Below, one piece after another: positions 27,122 to 41,340 of a stretch of DNA of 64,000 nt (position 1 is its first letter; every line of letters starts with the position of its first letter). A program made the translations under genes and the position numbers. The notes under the pieces were generated by a model. That model saw only the letters and a program-made list of their open reading frames with translations, ran no database searches and had not been told where the DNA came from. This DNA is from Nageia nagi. Lineage: Eukaryota; Plantae; Pinophyta. Where the stretch lies: contig JBITNC010000001.1 in assembly GCA_050084985.1 (NCBI GenBank), positions 139,128,001 through 139,192,000 of the forward strand, in the 5' to 3' direction.

Positions 27122-28218
27122 TTTAGATACCCAAAAAATACATATTTTCTGAAAAATAATTAAAATACTACTAAATGGCTAAAAATTTTAAACAACCTAA
27201 ATAGGTTTTTGAATATCTATATTTGGCCTAAAATGGGAAAAAAGAGAAAATTGTGAATTAAAATACTTTAAAAGACTATATATTCACTTAAATATATGAA
27301 AGGGACTTTATAGTTATCTAATATATAGTTAAGTGAAGTATATATGTTAACTTAAACAAATGCTAAAAAGTTCTTGAAGATACTGAAGTTAGGTTTTTAT
27401 GAAAATCTTTAGGGTTTGAGGTAAATCTCAAGGGTTTGAATAATTTTAACTACAATCCACCATAATGTGCTTATTATACCTCTATATATCCAAGCTTGGA
27501 GGTAAATTTAATGGTATATTTTATTTATATTGATCATATTTTAAGTTTTTGTAGTTTCTGGAAGAAGTTTAACCATATAATTTTCAAGAACTTGGAAGAT
27601 TTTGTATCCTTTTGGTGGTATTTTGTTTATTCTAGGTTTTAGTGCATGTAGTATACATCTAGGCTAATATATTCTTAATTTATATGTACACATATCTATT
27701 TGATAGATTTATGGTCAAAAAGTAATTCAATCCTTGTGTGTATCCTTATATCCTTTTGGATCTAAGGTATTTGATATTCTTGATTTATTTAAGGGTTTAA
27801 AGGGTTTAGTCTTGTATCTTAGGTTTTTAACCAAATCATGATGTTAGATCTTCTAGGATTGTCTAAATACTTATTTAAAGATTATATTTCTAGGCATAAA
27901 ATATATCTTTTCATAATAGGCATACTGTTGTATTCTAATATCCATATGAATATGGATTAGGGTGCTCACACACTAGCTTAGATAGCTTGAAAAAGTTATC
28001 TAGTTACCCTAAGTCCTTAAAGGCTTATGGTTAGAGATCCCTAAAACTTGTTATATTGCATTAGGGTGTTTATATTCAGATATCCTACATGTTGATAGCA
28101 TAATTGGAGCATTTACAATAATTTTTTACCATTATTGGTTATCTTATTTAAAGTTTAAAAGCATAGTTTTATAGATCTTTAATTATTATGTGCAATTGAC
28201 ATTTTGAGTGTGTGAAGT
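27122..28218 (+). repeat. Element A 3' LTR (3'-truncated)
   Basis: Follows the PPT at ~27108-27121. Homology to the 5' LTR stops abruptly after gtgtgaagtg (~28219 vs ~4646). Confidence 0.8.
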
Positions 28219-31200
28219 GCATGTAAGTAGGGATTTAGAGGATACAATTGCATAATATTTCTCCCAAGGCATATAGTTTGGATGAGATATACAAATATGC
28301 TTCTATGATAAAATCCATTGGAATTCATCAAATGCTTTTTGGCACCTTTCATCCCACAAAAGCTTTGCATCTTTATTGAGAAAATAAGTAAATGGTATAC
28401 ACTTATCATCAAGCTAAGAAATGAATCTCCTAATAGAATTTATTTTTTATTGAAAACTCCTAAATTATTTGAGGTTCTTAGGAGTTGGCATGCTAATAAT
28501 TGCTTTTAACTTTTTTATATCTACTTTAATGCCTCTTTTTAAAACCATGAAACCTAACAACTTTCTTGAAGTGATACCAAAATCACATTTTGATGTTTCA
28601 ATCTGAGTTTTTATTTTTTGAGAATATAAAATACCTCATCTAGAAGTTGTAAGTTATCTTGTACTTATTTGGATTTAACCAAAATGTCATCAACATAAAC
28701 TTCAACTAATATATGGATGTGTTCATGAAACGTCATAACCATAGCATGCTAATAAGTAGCATCTGTATTTTTAATCCAAAGGCCATGACCTTCCAACAAA
28801 AAATTTCCCCAAGGTGTAGTGAAAGTTTTCTTGTGTTGATTAGTCAAATTAATTAAAATTTGATTATATTCCAAAAAAATCATCCATAAAAGATAAAATA
28901 TCATGACCACCAATGCTATCCACAATCATATTAATATTTGGTAATGGAAAATTACCTTTAGAGCAAGCATTATTAATATATCTAAAGTCAATACAAATTC
29001 TTATCTCTCCATTTGGTTTTGTTGTAGGAATAATATTTGTCTTCCATTTTGAATAATCTATGGGCCTAATGAAATTAGAATTCAAATATTTTTCAATTTC
29101 TTTTTTGACCAACAAAGCTTTAGATGGATGCATCTTTCTTGTTTTTGTTTAATAGGTTTTGTTCCTTTTTTTAATTGATAAATTATGCATGATAAAATAT
29201 GGATCTAGACCAATCATATCAAAATAATACCTTGCAAATTGCTTACTACATTCAAGGAATTTATCTTTGTACCTTATTTGTTGATGTGAATCAAGACCAG
29301 CTCCAATTTTGATCATCATCTCTTGCTTATTCATGCCAATATTGATATCAAGCAACTTTTATACTAGGAATGTTAATGCATCTTTCTTTTTCAATAAGGA
29401 AGGTAGCTCTTCTTCTTCTTCATCAACATGTTGTATTTGCAAATATTTAGCAAAATTTACCTCTTATCGAAAGTATCCATGTTGACTAAGGAAATAGTGT
29501 GGTTTTTTTTTTCATTCGATTTAGGTAACTAAAAATGTGCTCTGATATATTCCAATAAATAATCATTAGTGGTAAAATAGTAAATCTCTAATGGGATATC
29601 AGCATCAATCCATAAATCCTCATCAACATCATCTAAAACTTGTATCAAATTGCATTCTAGAATAAACTTTATAGGCCTTAATTTTTACTTGGTATTCTTA
29701 TCATGACCTAACCCTTTTTTATCTTTCTGAGCACCTAAATATGTATGAAAAGAAGGAATTCCTTCTTTTACTTTCCTAAACCCCCTCCCTTATAAGTGTA
29801 ATTTTGTGTCATGTACTTTTTTACAAAAAGAAGATGGAAAAGAGTTACAAGCCTTAACCAAAGCATCTTACATCATTTTGGATTTTTTAGGATTAAGAGC
29901 AAGTGATATAAACGTGGCAAAGAAAGACTATCTTTAGTTTCCTTTGTTTCCATAGCATGAATGCCCTTCTACATGTCATAGACATTATTTATACTATAAA
30001 ATTTTTATTCATCTAATATATTTAATGAAATCCAAGGGTATAAGTTCTAAATTTTGTATGTTCACATGCCTGTGTTCATAATTTGAGGTTCTATATCTAC
30101 CTTGAACAATGTTGAATGAGCTTCTTTTGGAGTAACATAAAACAAGTTAATATGATGAATATCTAATCCAAAATATATAGACTTGCTAGGCTACACATTG
30201 CAAAAGGTTTATGATCTACAAGTACTATGTGGATTTCTCCTTCATTTTCAAACTTAATACAGCCATGGATTATATATGGGAATGCATTCATATTATAGAT
30301 ATATGATCGTATTAGAAGAAAATTGTAGGAAATATTTCCACTCATGATATGGAAAGAGGTTTCAATAGTTCATGGTTTTAATCAGATAGGAAGATAGATT
30401 AAACCAAGAGCCCTTTTGGATACATTATCAAAACTCATAATGTGTAAATTGGGTTCATACATAGATGGAAATTTTACATCATTATTTTATATATCTTACA
30501 AGAATTGTTTAGAGGAAATATTCATACCTAATCCTATATCTACCATTGATCTTTTAATTTTCCAACCATCTCTCATAGGTGTTATGAAAAGGGCTAGGCA
30601 TTCAACAACAACTGCTTTATTAATCTTTTCAATATTTATAAAAATAATTATATCACATTCTTGAAGGGATTGAATTTTCTTTAAAAGAATGGCAACAAAA
30701 ATGTTAGTAGGAATTTTCTCTTTTTTTTTAATAATTCATACAAGATCTCCCTGTGCTTCTCTAAATTACTAATAAGGTCATACAAACTAATCTTGGTAGG
30801 AGTATTTTTCAATTGTTCTATCATATTATAAGCTTTAGGATTAGGTTGGAGACTTACTTGTTTAGTGATGATAGGATTTGGGATGGATCTTGTACATCCC
30901 TTATGAATGGTAGCATAAATATCTTCATCCATTTATATGATATTAGCTAATTGGTGTTGAGAAGTAGGTCTTTTTTTCTTTACTTCATATTTCCCTTGCA
31001 TAATTAGATCTAAAATAGCAACCTCCAAAGTCTTATATTGATTGGTAAAATACCTTCTTTTTTAGTGGTAAGAAAAAAATAACTCTTGGTTATCAAATTT
31101 CACATTGTCATATTAAGTTATCCTATCCAACAACTTCAATAATCCCTTTTAAATTTGACAAGATCTAGTAGGATATACCTTGGAGGAATAGGAAAAGTAT

Positions 31201-32300
31201 ATGTACATCAACCATATTTATATTTTTCTTCTCATTTTTGGCATAAGATTTACGACCATCCTTATTATGTTAGTTGGATGTATACTTGAGTTTCCCAAGC
31301 TTAAGAAAAACTCTTTCCTTTGCTAATACTCTTTTTTTCATTATGCCACATTCCATTTAAGTATAATCAAGTGCATATTGCATAATAATTAGAAGAATAA
31401 ACTCAACAAAAATACTATAATACCAACCTCATCTAATTTACTTCTTATTCACTACTATACCTTTTTGAATCTCAAAATATATTTTTTGAGTGCTTCATTG
31501 GGTCCTTGAAAAAGTGCATATAATGTTTTGATTATGGATTTCTCCTTGATATTATGCTTATACTAATCCATAAATTCCTTTACTAATGACTTGAATGAAT
31601 CAATTGAATTAAGTGGCAAGATGTATAACCATTGGTTGATATCTCCCTTTAGACTCCTTGGGAAAAACTTGGTCATCAACTTCTCTTAAGATACTAATTT
31701 CAATAAGAAATCCACTTTAGAGCTAACAAGATGTTTTTTTAGGTCTTTATCACCATTGAACATCTTGAACTTAGGGTACTTGAGGTCAGGTGCTAAGGGA
31801 AAGTTGAGGATCTCCTTTGACAAGGTTGAGGTGTAGATACCATCATAGTCTTCCTTCTTATTTTGATATTTCTATTGGTTTCAAATTTTTTATACCCTCT
31901 TAGCTAAATTAGTGTCAAAAGGATTCTTATTAGTACTAGTAGAAGCTTGCAGCATACATGCAGAAACAACATTGTCTATCACCTTTACAAATTTAAGCAT
32001 CATGTTCTACATGATGGCTTCAATCACTTGTATAGGATCTATAGGAATAGCATTAGCATTGCTATTGTAGATAAATCATAGCATTGACAATGTAAGATCC
32101 ATGATAGAACTATGCAAGATCTTACCCTCGAGGATAAAATCACTCAAAATAGTGGGTTCACCAATATGTAGTTGCAAAAATAATGAATTTTAATAAAATA
32201 AAACATTATTGCTCTACAAATACTCACTAAAATATGAATGAAATTGAATGAGTATTTTCTAGTGGAATAAGATTCTCCACTTCGCCAAATATGGAATATT
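28219..32300 (-). mobile_element. Element B: truncated Tat/Ogre Ty3/gypsy (LTR end, PBS, gag, PR, G-patch, RT)
   Basis: On the minus strand: LTR end ...gcaactACA at 32167, then TATTGGTGAACCCACT; gag LKYPKFKMFNGDKD ~31790; YNMIEQLKNTPTKISL (30681-30932); G-patch-like ~29760-29800; RT KPNGEIRICIDFR..NFPLPNI..LSFMD (28864-29133). Cut off after RT. Confidence 0.85.
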
Positions 32301-32399
32301 ATATTTGGAGCAAATTTGTAGTTAATATCTAAGACTTCACAACTTTGAAGTCATAGCATGCACTCTATGTGAATATTTTTCTTGCATGATATCAATGCT

Positions 32400-34680
32400 G
32401 CAAAGGTTGTTAATAATAAGGATGAAATTAAGCAATATGAAACATAATGAAGATTATATAATAGATATTCAAATAGGTGGTATTACAAAACATCATTGTT
32501 GTTCAAATGATGTGTTTCTTATGAGTCAACTTATCTAATATTTGATTATTAGATAAGGAATTCTTTAGTTTGGATATTCTTTTATAATACAATATCTTAG
32601 ATCTTTTCTTTTCTTGAGATCTACTTGTATTCAATAATATGTGGTACTTTTTTACATTTTTAGATCTTTGATACCTAAAATATGATTTCTATTTTAATAA
32701 AAATTATATTTAGGTCTCTATGCTTCTTATCAACATTATTCATTGAGATATATTGAATATTTATGAATGGTATTCAAAGTATTTCCTCTCAAATTGTTAA
32801 ATTTAAGAAGGAGAAGATATTGAAAAGTGAGAAGGCTAAGAGTAAAGAGAGTTTTCCAAAACCAATCACTATAAAAATTCAAAGCACTTTAGAGTTACTA
32901 GTATTTGAAGTTTTATTTAGTTTGGATGGTAAATATTGATATTTTACAAGTAATCCATGTGGAAACTCTAAGAATTCAAACACAAGATAATTCTAGAGTA
33001 GAATAACTAAGTAATCCATCAATTCCAAAAGAGAATGAGAATGTCACTAAGACCAATATTCAAATTGGAACTCCCAACTCACTTGATGAAGATTTATCTT
33101 CAAGTTAAGAAATTAAGTGAAAAAAAGATATCCAATAGAATAAATAGAAATGGTAATAGAACTAACAACGAAAAATTCAAAATCATTTATTCATAAGACG
33201 AAGGTGAAATAAGGGCAAACATGACTCCCACTTTGACAATTCCACCTTCAAACTTAGCTCTATTTGCTATATATTATTATTCAAAACAATATGAAGATAT
33301 AACTCAATAGGATTATATTAAGCAAGTTATCTCAATTCAAAAATTAGCTAAAGAGACTACCCAAACTTCAAAAATAACCCAAACTAGATCTACAAGTAAG
33401 AAGAGCATCACTTCATAGAAAGAATCAAGTTTTGTCAAAGCATAAAATTGATAAGGGATTCAATTAAGGAATTAAGGATCTGATGAGAAAGATAAAGAAG
33501 AATATATATAGAGAAAGAAAAAGAGGATACCAAATGAACATGATGAGAAAATAAAGAAAGATAAATAAATAATTACAATTAAATATTTAACTTCTCTTCA
33601 ATAATTAAACTCTTGTAACTTGTTGAAGAAAATAGATCTTAATGATTATTTGAAAAGCATCTAAGATATCAATAATGATAGTGATGAAGAAGATCCTAAT
33701 TTCATTGAAAAATAGAGAAATACCCTATGAAATTCCCAAGCATTGTCAATTTTAATAGAAAGGGGAAATACAAGTTAGCACTTTCCACAAATATCAAAAT
33801 ACCAAGGAATTAAAGATAAATTAATGTAAGTTCCTTTGAAGTGGATGTCTACCATTTAGGGATTTATGCAAATGCTTTCATTGTATACAAAGGAACTAAT
33901 AATTTGAAAGAGTTTGCTCTTGAGTAAAAAGAAGAAAATATGAAATTACAAAAGGAGTTGAAGGAAATGAAAAAAAAAAATAAAGAGTTAGAGGAATTAT
34001 TTGTATATAAAAAGGAGCTAAATCTAAACTTCTACAAAGGAAATAATTTTTGGAAAAATATTAATTCTTTAATTAAAAAAATATTTAAGACTTTTGATTA
34101 AGTTTTCAATGATTACTAGCATCTAGCCAGAATACATGAGGAAATAGAAATAATCAATGTTGACATTTCCTCAATGTTTGAGAGTTGGTCATTGGAGATT
34201 CACATAATGGTTGGGGTTAAGAGATCGTTAATAGAAGATAATGATCCACTATATGGAGATTGTGATGACTTATTTTCCTTTTGTGATGAATTAACCACTT
34301 CTAATTAGAAATATTCAATTTTAAAAGAGAAAGTGTATGAAACCTATAATAAAGAAAAAGAAATGTTCACTATGATAGACATTGATTATGTGCAAAAGGA
34401 TGGATACTAGAAGAAAAAACATGATATCAAATAATAAATTAAAGTAAAAATATATAGAAGATTCCTAGTCACTTCAAGATCCTCCCTATGTAAAAGCTAA
34501 TGAGGAATTTGTGATATGGCTTTCAAAAATTTAGGATTTATGAAAAGATATGAGAAAATGGCTTGATAGTTTAATGATCTATGATTTCCATAGCTTTAAG
34601 GTTGGAAGGGATATAGCATTGCACTTCATGAATGGAGACCTCCAAAAGAAAATTTAAGAAATGCAAAGTGTCAAATAATT
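32400..34680 (+). pseudogene. Degenerate E/K-rich coiled-coil ORF, probably a retroelement accessory ORF
   Basis: Purine-rich codon bias, e.g. ~33900 NLKEFALE*KEENMKLQKELKEMKKKNKELEELF. Followed by LTR-like sequence. No family recognised. Confidence 0.45.
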
Positions 34681-34699
34681 TGTAAGAAAAGTTAGATTA

Positions 34700-37600
34700 T
34701 TTTTTATAAATTGGAAAAAAGACTTAGTTTATTTTTGGTCTTGTTTTCCATAGAGTTAGTCAACTTTTCTAGCTTAGAAAGTAGTTAGGATTTTGAAGTT
34801 ATGTATTTAAGTTTTTGTGAATACCTAACTACTTCTTGAGATATAAAAGGGGAGAAATATCAATTTGTAATCTCTCTTTGGAATTTTAGAAATAAGTGTA
34901 ATAGAAATAGGTAAGTTAATATAGAAGAAGAAAACTTTTTTTTCCTATCTATTATGAATGTATATTTTCTATGAGATCATTCTTAAGTTAGAATAATGAA
35001 TTACAAGTTTTAGATTGTAATTTATTTCTAAGTTTGAGAATTTTTATCCTTTTGCAAATCATAACCAGCTATAAGCAATTGGTTTTGTAAATGTAAATGG
35101 AATCTTATGTGATTATGTAATGCATCCACTAATTATCATCAACCAAAGCCCTAACTTTTAACCTTATTTTTTTTATAAATGTAACACTCAAATGATCTAG
35201 GAATGAACCAAGCAATCCCACATGAGCTTGATATGCTGCTAGCTAGTTCAGCACTCACATGGCAAGATTGGCAAGAACTGAAAGTAACCAACCTTGATAA
35301 ATGTTTTTGGTATTTTCTTTTCAACACTCATCCTGATGAAAAGATGTTGCAAAAGTAACCTCACCATTCCTATTCCACATCTCATGTGCAATAGGCTTTC
35401 TAATTATGGCATAGTGGTTTTGTACTTGGGGCCCATAACACTCAAGAGATTGCACTTCCACTAAGTTAGTCATCATCTCCTGATGATAACTCTTCATCTC
35501 ATAGGAGTAGTTAACTTGTCCTAGATAAGCTTCCTTATGAGTAGGTACCATCACCTATGGAATAATCATCATACCCCTATCTACTAACTACAAGTGATAT
35601 GACTACTAGTTACCTTCACCCGGTAATAGTAGTTTTTCCAATTGCTATCCCCACCTAACTCACCTATCAAGGGATATGAGTACTAACCTACCCATAACTA
35701 TCAACTAGTCCCACCATGTGGTTTAGCATCCTCATGTCCATAACTTGGGGAGCCATGGATATTAAATAATATCCTTGAGTGGTTGTTTAGTCTAACCTAT
35801 TTTTAAATATGTTGACAAAAGAACCACCTATGTTCTTCTGACCATATACTAATATTTTTAAAAAGTGAAGTGGGTATAAGACATGTTCTAAGGTTTAACA
35901 CCATTCATCCTTGCTGATGAGAGTACCTCAAAATTCTTAGTTATAGCTTATGTAGGAAGGCACATATTTTTTTATTTATTCATATGCATTGTATCGCTTA
36001 TATGGATCCACTTTTTAAAAGATATCTTGAATACATAAAGTAACAAGTTGTGAGGAAGGATCTCAGCACTATTGCTACAAAAGTAATGCGACACTAACTA
36101 GTCCTCATGCAAAGAATATTCCTTTTATTTATTATCTAGCAAGGTAGGTTTACTTGGTGAAGGTTCTTTGCCACTTTTCTTACATTCATTCAAAAAGAAT
36201 TCTAAATGATTCCATTTATCTCATGGGGTCCTAGTGATATCCAATTTAATTCCAAGGATCCCTAAGATATCCCAAATGCTCATGAATTATCATTTGGAAC
36301 CTTAACTCTAATTTAGGGTTAATTCTAAGTTTTTGGGATAATTTTGGATTTAACGAGAGTAACAACCTAATCCATCTATGATTATGATCTAACAATTATT
36401 AAAGCATAAAACTTAACATATAATAATCATAGTGTTGTTCCTAAGGGATAACAATTTCATTTATCTTTTAGTAAACTAGTAAGAGATATATATAACATAA
36501 TACTCATTAAGCATTTCTAAGTAAAAAAAATCAATTACAAGGGTTTGAATATATCTCATAAATTCAACATTTACGATAATAACATAGCTTCCATAAACTT
36601 ATTACAAGACATTAATACATCATAAGGTTAATACAATTTAATGATCTAGTAACTCGTCATCATCATCATCTCGTAATACAAATGAAGTGTAACATTGTTA
36701 CTTAGTGAGTCATTATATGGCTTGTTGTGGAAACACATCCATTGATCTTCAAACGATGAGCATCAAGCATCTCCATCATTCTTCAACTATGAGCATTGAA
36801 CATTGATCATTCCCTTGGAACTCAATGGTTGGATCGAGTACTAGGGAGGAGGAGGATCAGGAAAACCCTTTTATGTTTTATGATCATAATGCAATGCCTA
36901 CTTAAGATTTTGAGAGGATTTTAGGTCCTTTTTGGACTACCTCTCTTCCTTGGTCATGCATTAAACCACCTATCTTCAATAGTTAATTCATATTCAATAC
37001 CACTTACTAAAATTGATTGCTTTATTTATAAATTTAAAAAAAAAAAATTTGAACACCTTTCTTACATTGTTCCCTTACTTCAATTCTCCACAAACCAAGT
37101 ATAACAAGATATTATTTACTACTTTTCATTCATCTACAAATGTTTTATAAAAAAAACCTTCTTTTAATTAAATACTAAGAGGTTACATCATTCCAAAATT
37201 CCTTAACCATTATTTCATTAATTTATATCTACTTTAATACTCCTTCATTATTTACCATACTAACTTTATTATCTTTTAGTGTTTTTAGGCTATTTATTAT
37301 ACCATATGAATGTCTACTTTATAATTACAAGTAATGTTAAGAGTAAATAAACCAAATAAATCTATTATCACTCCTCTAAAAGGAATTCTAAAATGAATAT
37401 TCATATTGCACCATTACTTTGGATTTGTACCTGCATTTTCTAATATAGTACATCAATGAAAATTATATAAAGTATTGACCACAAAATATTAATTAATCAA
37501 AAATGATTTAGGAGATACTAAATGCGGTATTAGAAGGTGAGAGCATTCCTTCATAGAGGGGATGGATAAAATGATGCTATATTGTATGGATGCTTGGTTT

Positions 37601-40011
37601 AAACTAGTTGTTACTTTAAAGTAAAACTTTGCAACCATTATATGCCACCATATGAGATCAAAAAAGAGGATATAAATCTAATTCTATTTGATAAACGGCA
37701 CATAAATAAAATGCACAATGTTCTATATGGGAATGACTCTAGTTTTAGCATGTACTTTTGCAACAACAGATAGCGATTCATCAATTAAGTAGTTGAAAAT
37801 GATTTCACAACAAGTAAGGAAATAATGTAAGTAAATAAAAAAAGACTCAAAAAAAGACTTTGTAGACATGAATGTAAATCATTCTAAAACCACAAGATCT
37901 ATTTCTACATGAGTGCCTATCTCAAATGACATGCTGCTATGGAATAATGTTTCACAGAGATATTATTTTTCAATGTAATCCAAACTCTTGATATGAATCT
38001 TCCCTCTAGGACTCCATGTGAGTTCTATGATAAAGCCAGACTTTGTATCCATTATTAATATTCCTTTGGTGTTTAATATTGATGAAGCATAAGAAGGTAG
38101 TGATTCTTATCAAGAATAGTGGAAAAGACTTTTACATTCAAGTTGTGTATGCAAAACATGGGAAATTCCACTAGATTTATGAATTGTAAATTAAATTTCA
38201 TGGGCAAAATAGGTTAGAAAATATTTCTCTCAAACACAATTAGAAAATGTAGTAAAGAGAATAAGTGAATAATGATTTATGACATATTAAGTATCCAAGT
38301 GTTAATACTAAAGGAAAAATTCAAAATCATTACTAAATGAAATCCTTCAATTTACATGATAATGGAGATGCCAAATATGACTCTACCATCAAACACCATT
38401 TTATATACTACCTTTCTCTCATAATATCCAAATATCCTTTAGTAAATAATCTATTAAAGGTAAACAATACACAAGAAGAGACAAGGTACCAACCTTTACA
38501 TGCAACTTGGCAAACAAATTATCCAATATATCTTTTCAAATAGCATAGGATTTCTATCAACAATTAATTCTATGAACTTTATCAAATACAACTCATTAAA
38601 CATATCAAAATAGGATTACTTTGTCTATGTATTAAAATAATGCAAAGAATGCACCTTAACTTGGAGAGGGAAGAGAGGCTTCTTTTCTTCATGTAATCCA
38701 AGCTTGAGAATAACCAAAAACTAAATACAAAGAGATCGATAGATAGGTAGTATTTTGCCAATGCTCTACTCCTTTATTTATAGCTAAAAGGGCTCAAATA
38801 TGTCCAAATGGACATCTCCTCATACCTTTAATAATTTTGGATTAGGTTTGCTTAAAGTTGAAAATGATGATAATGGCATTTAATACTTTGGAATCTTTTT
38901 CATTAGTTGATAATTTAGTGCCAACTCTTATCCATACCTAACACAAAAATACAAAACTAAGTAGAGTCATTACTCTATTATTTTCCTAGCTATTAAATAT
39001 CATGTAATACTACAAGGAGCCCTTAGTCTCTATCTAATAGTGTTTTTACTATTAACCCTATGTGGCAATAATATGGACACTCATATTCAACTTTTACCCA
39101 TTAAATTTATTTTATTCACCTTATAATAATTTTCAAAATTTAACTAAGGTATATCCCCTTTTTCCTTCTATTTCAAAATTTGAATTTCAAAAATACCAAA
39201 CAAGGGAAAACACATCTTTACCTATGATGATCACCTCATCCTACAGAGTAAGGTTAATCCACACAGTTTTGCAAACATATTTTCATGAAGCAATTGAAAA
39301 TCATAATAATTATTCTACATGCATCTACATGATTTACGATGGTCATGGGGTATGTCAATGAATCAACGCCAATCATTTCCTCCTCTTACCCTTTGGTTCC
39401 CATCACCAATTCACCTTTGGTCCGTAAGGTCTTTGGGTTGCTTCTCCACTTTGTGACCTTTGTCAAAACATCTTGAATCTAGCATCAAATTGTCACAAAT
39501 GATACATATTCCAATATCAAACTTGTCATTACCATAGTATTATGTAAACATAATTCATTCAAATTCTCGATGGCACTCGAGGTCAAACAGTGTCTTGAGG
39601 TGGGTCGTGATAGAGTATAACAACATATGATAAAATCTTGGGAAAGACATAAATATAATCTTGAAGCAAGATTAAACCAAATGTAAATCAACTAAATGAT
39701 AAAGCATATCATCAATTCAAATTATAAGCTTAATAATTTGATAATAAATTTTTAGCTAAGTTGGAAAAATAAAGTAATCATTCTACTTGAGCTAATCTAT
39801 TAGAATGAATATTTATCTAAGTAAGAGTTATTCATGAGAAAAATAGCATAAGTCTTTTACACATTTAGAGAAAATTTTGTTACTATTTGAGGATCACCAT
39901 GTACAAAAAATGGATCATAGATCCCTTACTATCCCCTTTTTCCTTAGCAAGAAAAAGTGATTAAGAAGTCGCACCTCTCACCTATATGCTCACTACTAAA
40001 GTTGTGTAACA
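34700..40011 (+). mobile_element. LTR-like segment hosting the second solo LTR
   Basis: TATA-like atataaaagggg ~34841; continues after 39612 and ends ...gttgtgtaACA at 40011. Left boundary uncertain. Confidence 0.3.
35116..39612 (-). mobile_element. Solo LTR, 4497 bp, inverted paralog of 11142-15661
   Basis: Reverse-complement match along the full length; termini tgtaatgcatc (35116) and tgggtcgtgata (39612); TSD gatta/gagta (4/5 match). Confidence 0.92.
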
Positions 40012-40899
40012 CTCTCAATCATAGTTTTATCATAATTAGCACATAATTTTTACAAATGCAATAATTTGTAATTAGTTCGAGATTTTTGCAAATCTAGTAA
40101 TTTTTACTGTAGTAAGGATTTTACAGACACAATAATTAGCTACAACAAAATATTGAAATAGAAATAAAATTGATAGAAATTAATTCCTGATTTAATCATC
40201 CAAATAAATGGTTAAAAGAGTGTCTAAGCTACAGAAAGATCAATTGATTTTATAAAAATTAATTTGTAATATCTTCGCATTTGGATGTTTTGATTTGCAA
40301 TCATCAATTTGATTTTTAAATTATTTTTATAGTAATTTTTTTGAAAAAGTGAATTGATGGACAAAATAATAATATTTTTTTATTTTAATTTTTTAGTGTC
40401 GACCATGATAATTTTAAAATTATAATTATATTTATATTTATATATATATATAATGTTAATTATAAGATGTTTGAATTCTTCTCTTGATATTTGAATCCTT
40501 ACCCTCTCTTTAATTACTATTGTAAGACATCATTTAATTTAATTATTAAAAAAAATGAAAAATAAAATAATAATAATAAATTATATAAACTTGAAAGTAT
40601 ATTTTATTTATTAAAAAAATTTGTTAAAATTTATTTTTTGAAGATTTCATCAAGTAAAATTTTGATTTAATGGATCAAAACAATAATTTATTAGGCGTTG
40701 GAGACCTTGATAAATATAGTAAAATTCCAAACTTATTTATAAAATATGAGGTGGATGCATTAAACTTGGAGGTTTCACCAACACAAACGGTCAAAAAGGT
40801 TCAAAATGATGAGATAACCGTTGAAGAGGTGGGAATTCACGTCTTAAAGGTACTTTCACATTAAAATATGGTATTTTTTTTTTACTTTTTATACCTTGT

Positions 40900-41340
40900 G
40901 ATTGTGGAATAGTCCATGAGCATCGCGTGATGGTCAAGACTTTGACCATGGTAATGAATTACAAGTAACATTATTCAATCTCCATTAAGTATATTTTATT
41001 ATGCTCCCTTTTAATATCATTCTGTGTAGTTCACGTGCACGCTTTCTCATGCGCATTGGAAACAATAAAAAAAAATAATAATAATAATATTAAACTTTAT
41101 TAAAGTGGGGTCTTTTTTTTCCTTTGCTTGGCTTATCAGGCGCCATCTTATCGTCACTATTTTTTCATTGGACTTTATTTCGTAAAATGAAAAAGGACGG
41201 TTGTGTTTTTTTTTGGTAATTTGTATTATTTTTGGAAACAAGCGTTTCTTGGAAGTTACATATTCAAGTTTCATCCCAAAAAAAAAATATGGCTTCAATC
41301 CTGAAACCTTCTTTTTACAATCTAATGTACTCTACACGAT
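40900..41340. promoter_or_regulatory. CpG-retaining island with a G-box (candidate unmethylated regulatory region)
   Basis: Dense CpG (catcgcgtg, CACGTG at 41032-41037, tgcgca, ggcgcc) against nearly CpG-free flanks. Confidence 0.35.

Larger units (their letters stand above)
3563..28218 (+). mobile_element. Element A: Tat/Ogre-lineage Ty3/gypsy LTR retrotransposon, degenerate, with nested insertions
   Basis: Direct LTR homology ~3683-4646 vs ~27308-28218; gag-pol remnants 6470-18970; antisense PMD ORF; PPT ccaataggggtaaa followed by T(T)TAGATACCC at 27122. Confidence 0.85.

Noticed and set aside
35914-35940. Hammerhead-like core CTGATGA-GAG-tac-CTC-AAAA (retrozyme candidate)
   Set aside because: GAAA is absent, no stem I/III with an NUH site is visible, and the paralogous copy reads cccatgaggagtaccttagaag.
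11142-39612. The inverted 4.5-kb repeats as TIRs of one giant DNA transposon
   Set aside because: Each copy has its own 5-bp TSD and TG...CA-derived ends, so they are separate solo LTRs.
40670-40864. 64-aa ORF as a host gene
   Set aside because: Short, no recognisable domain or exon structure; cannot be supported.
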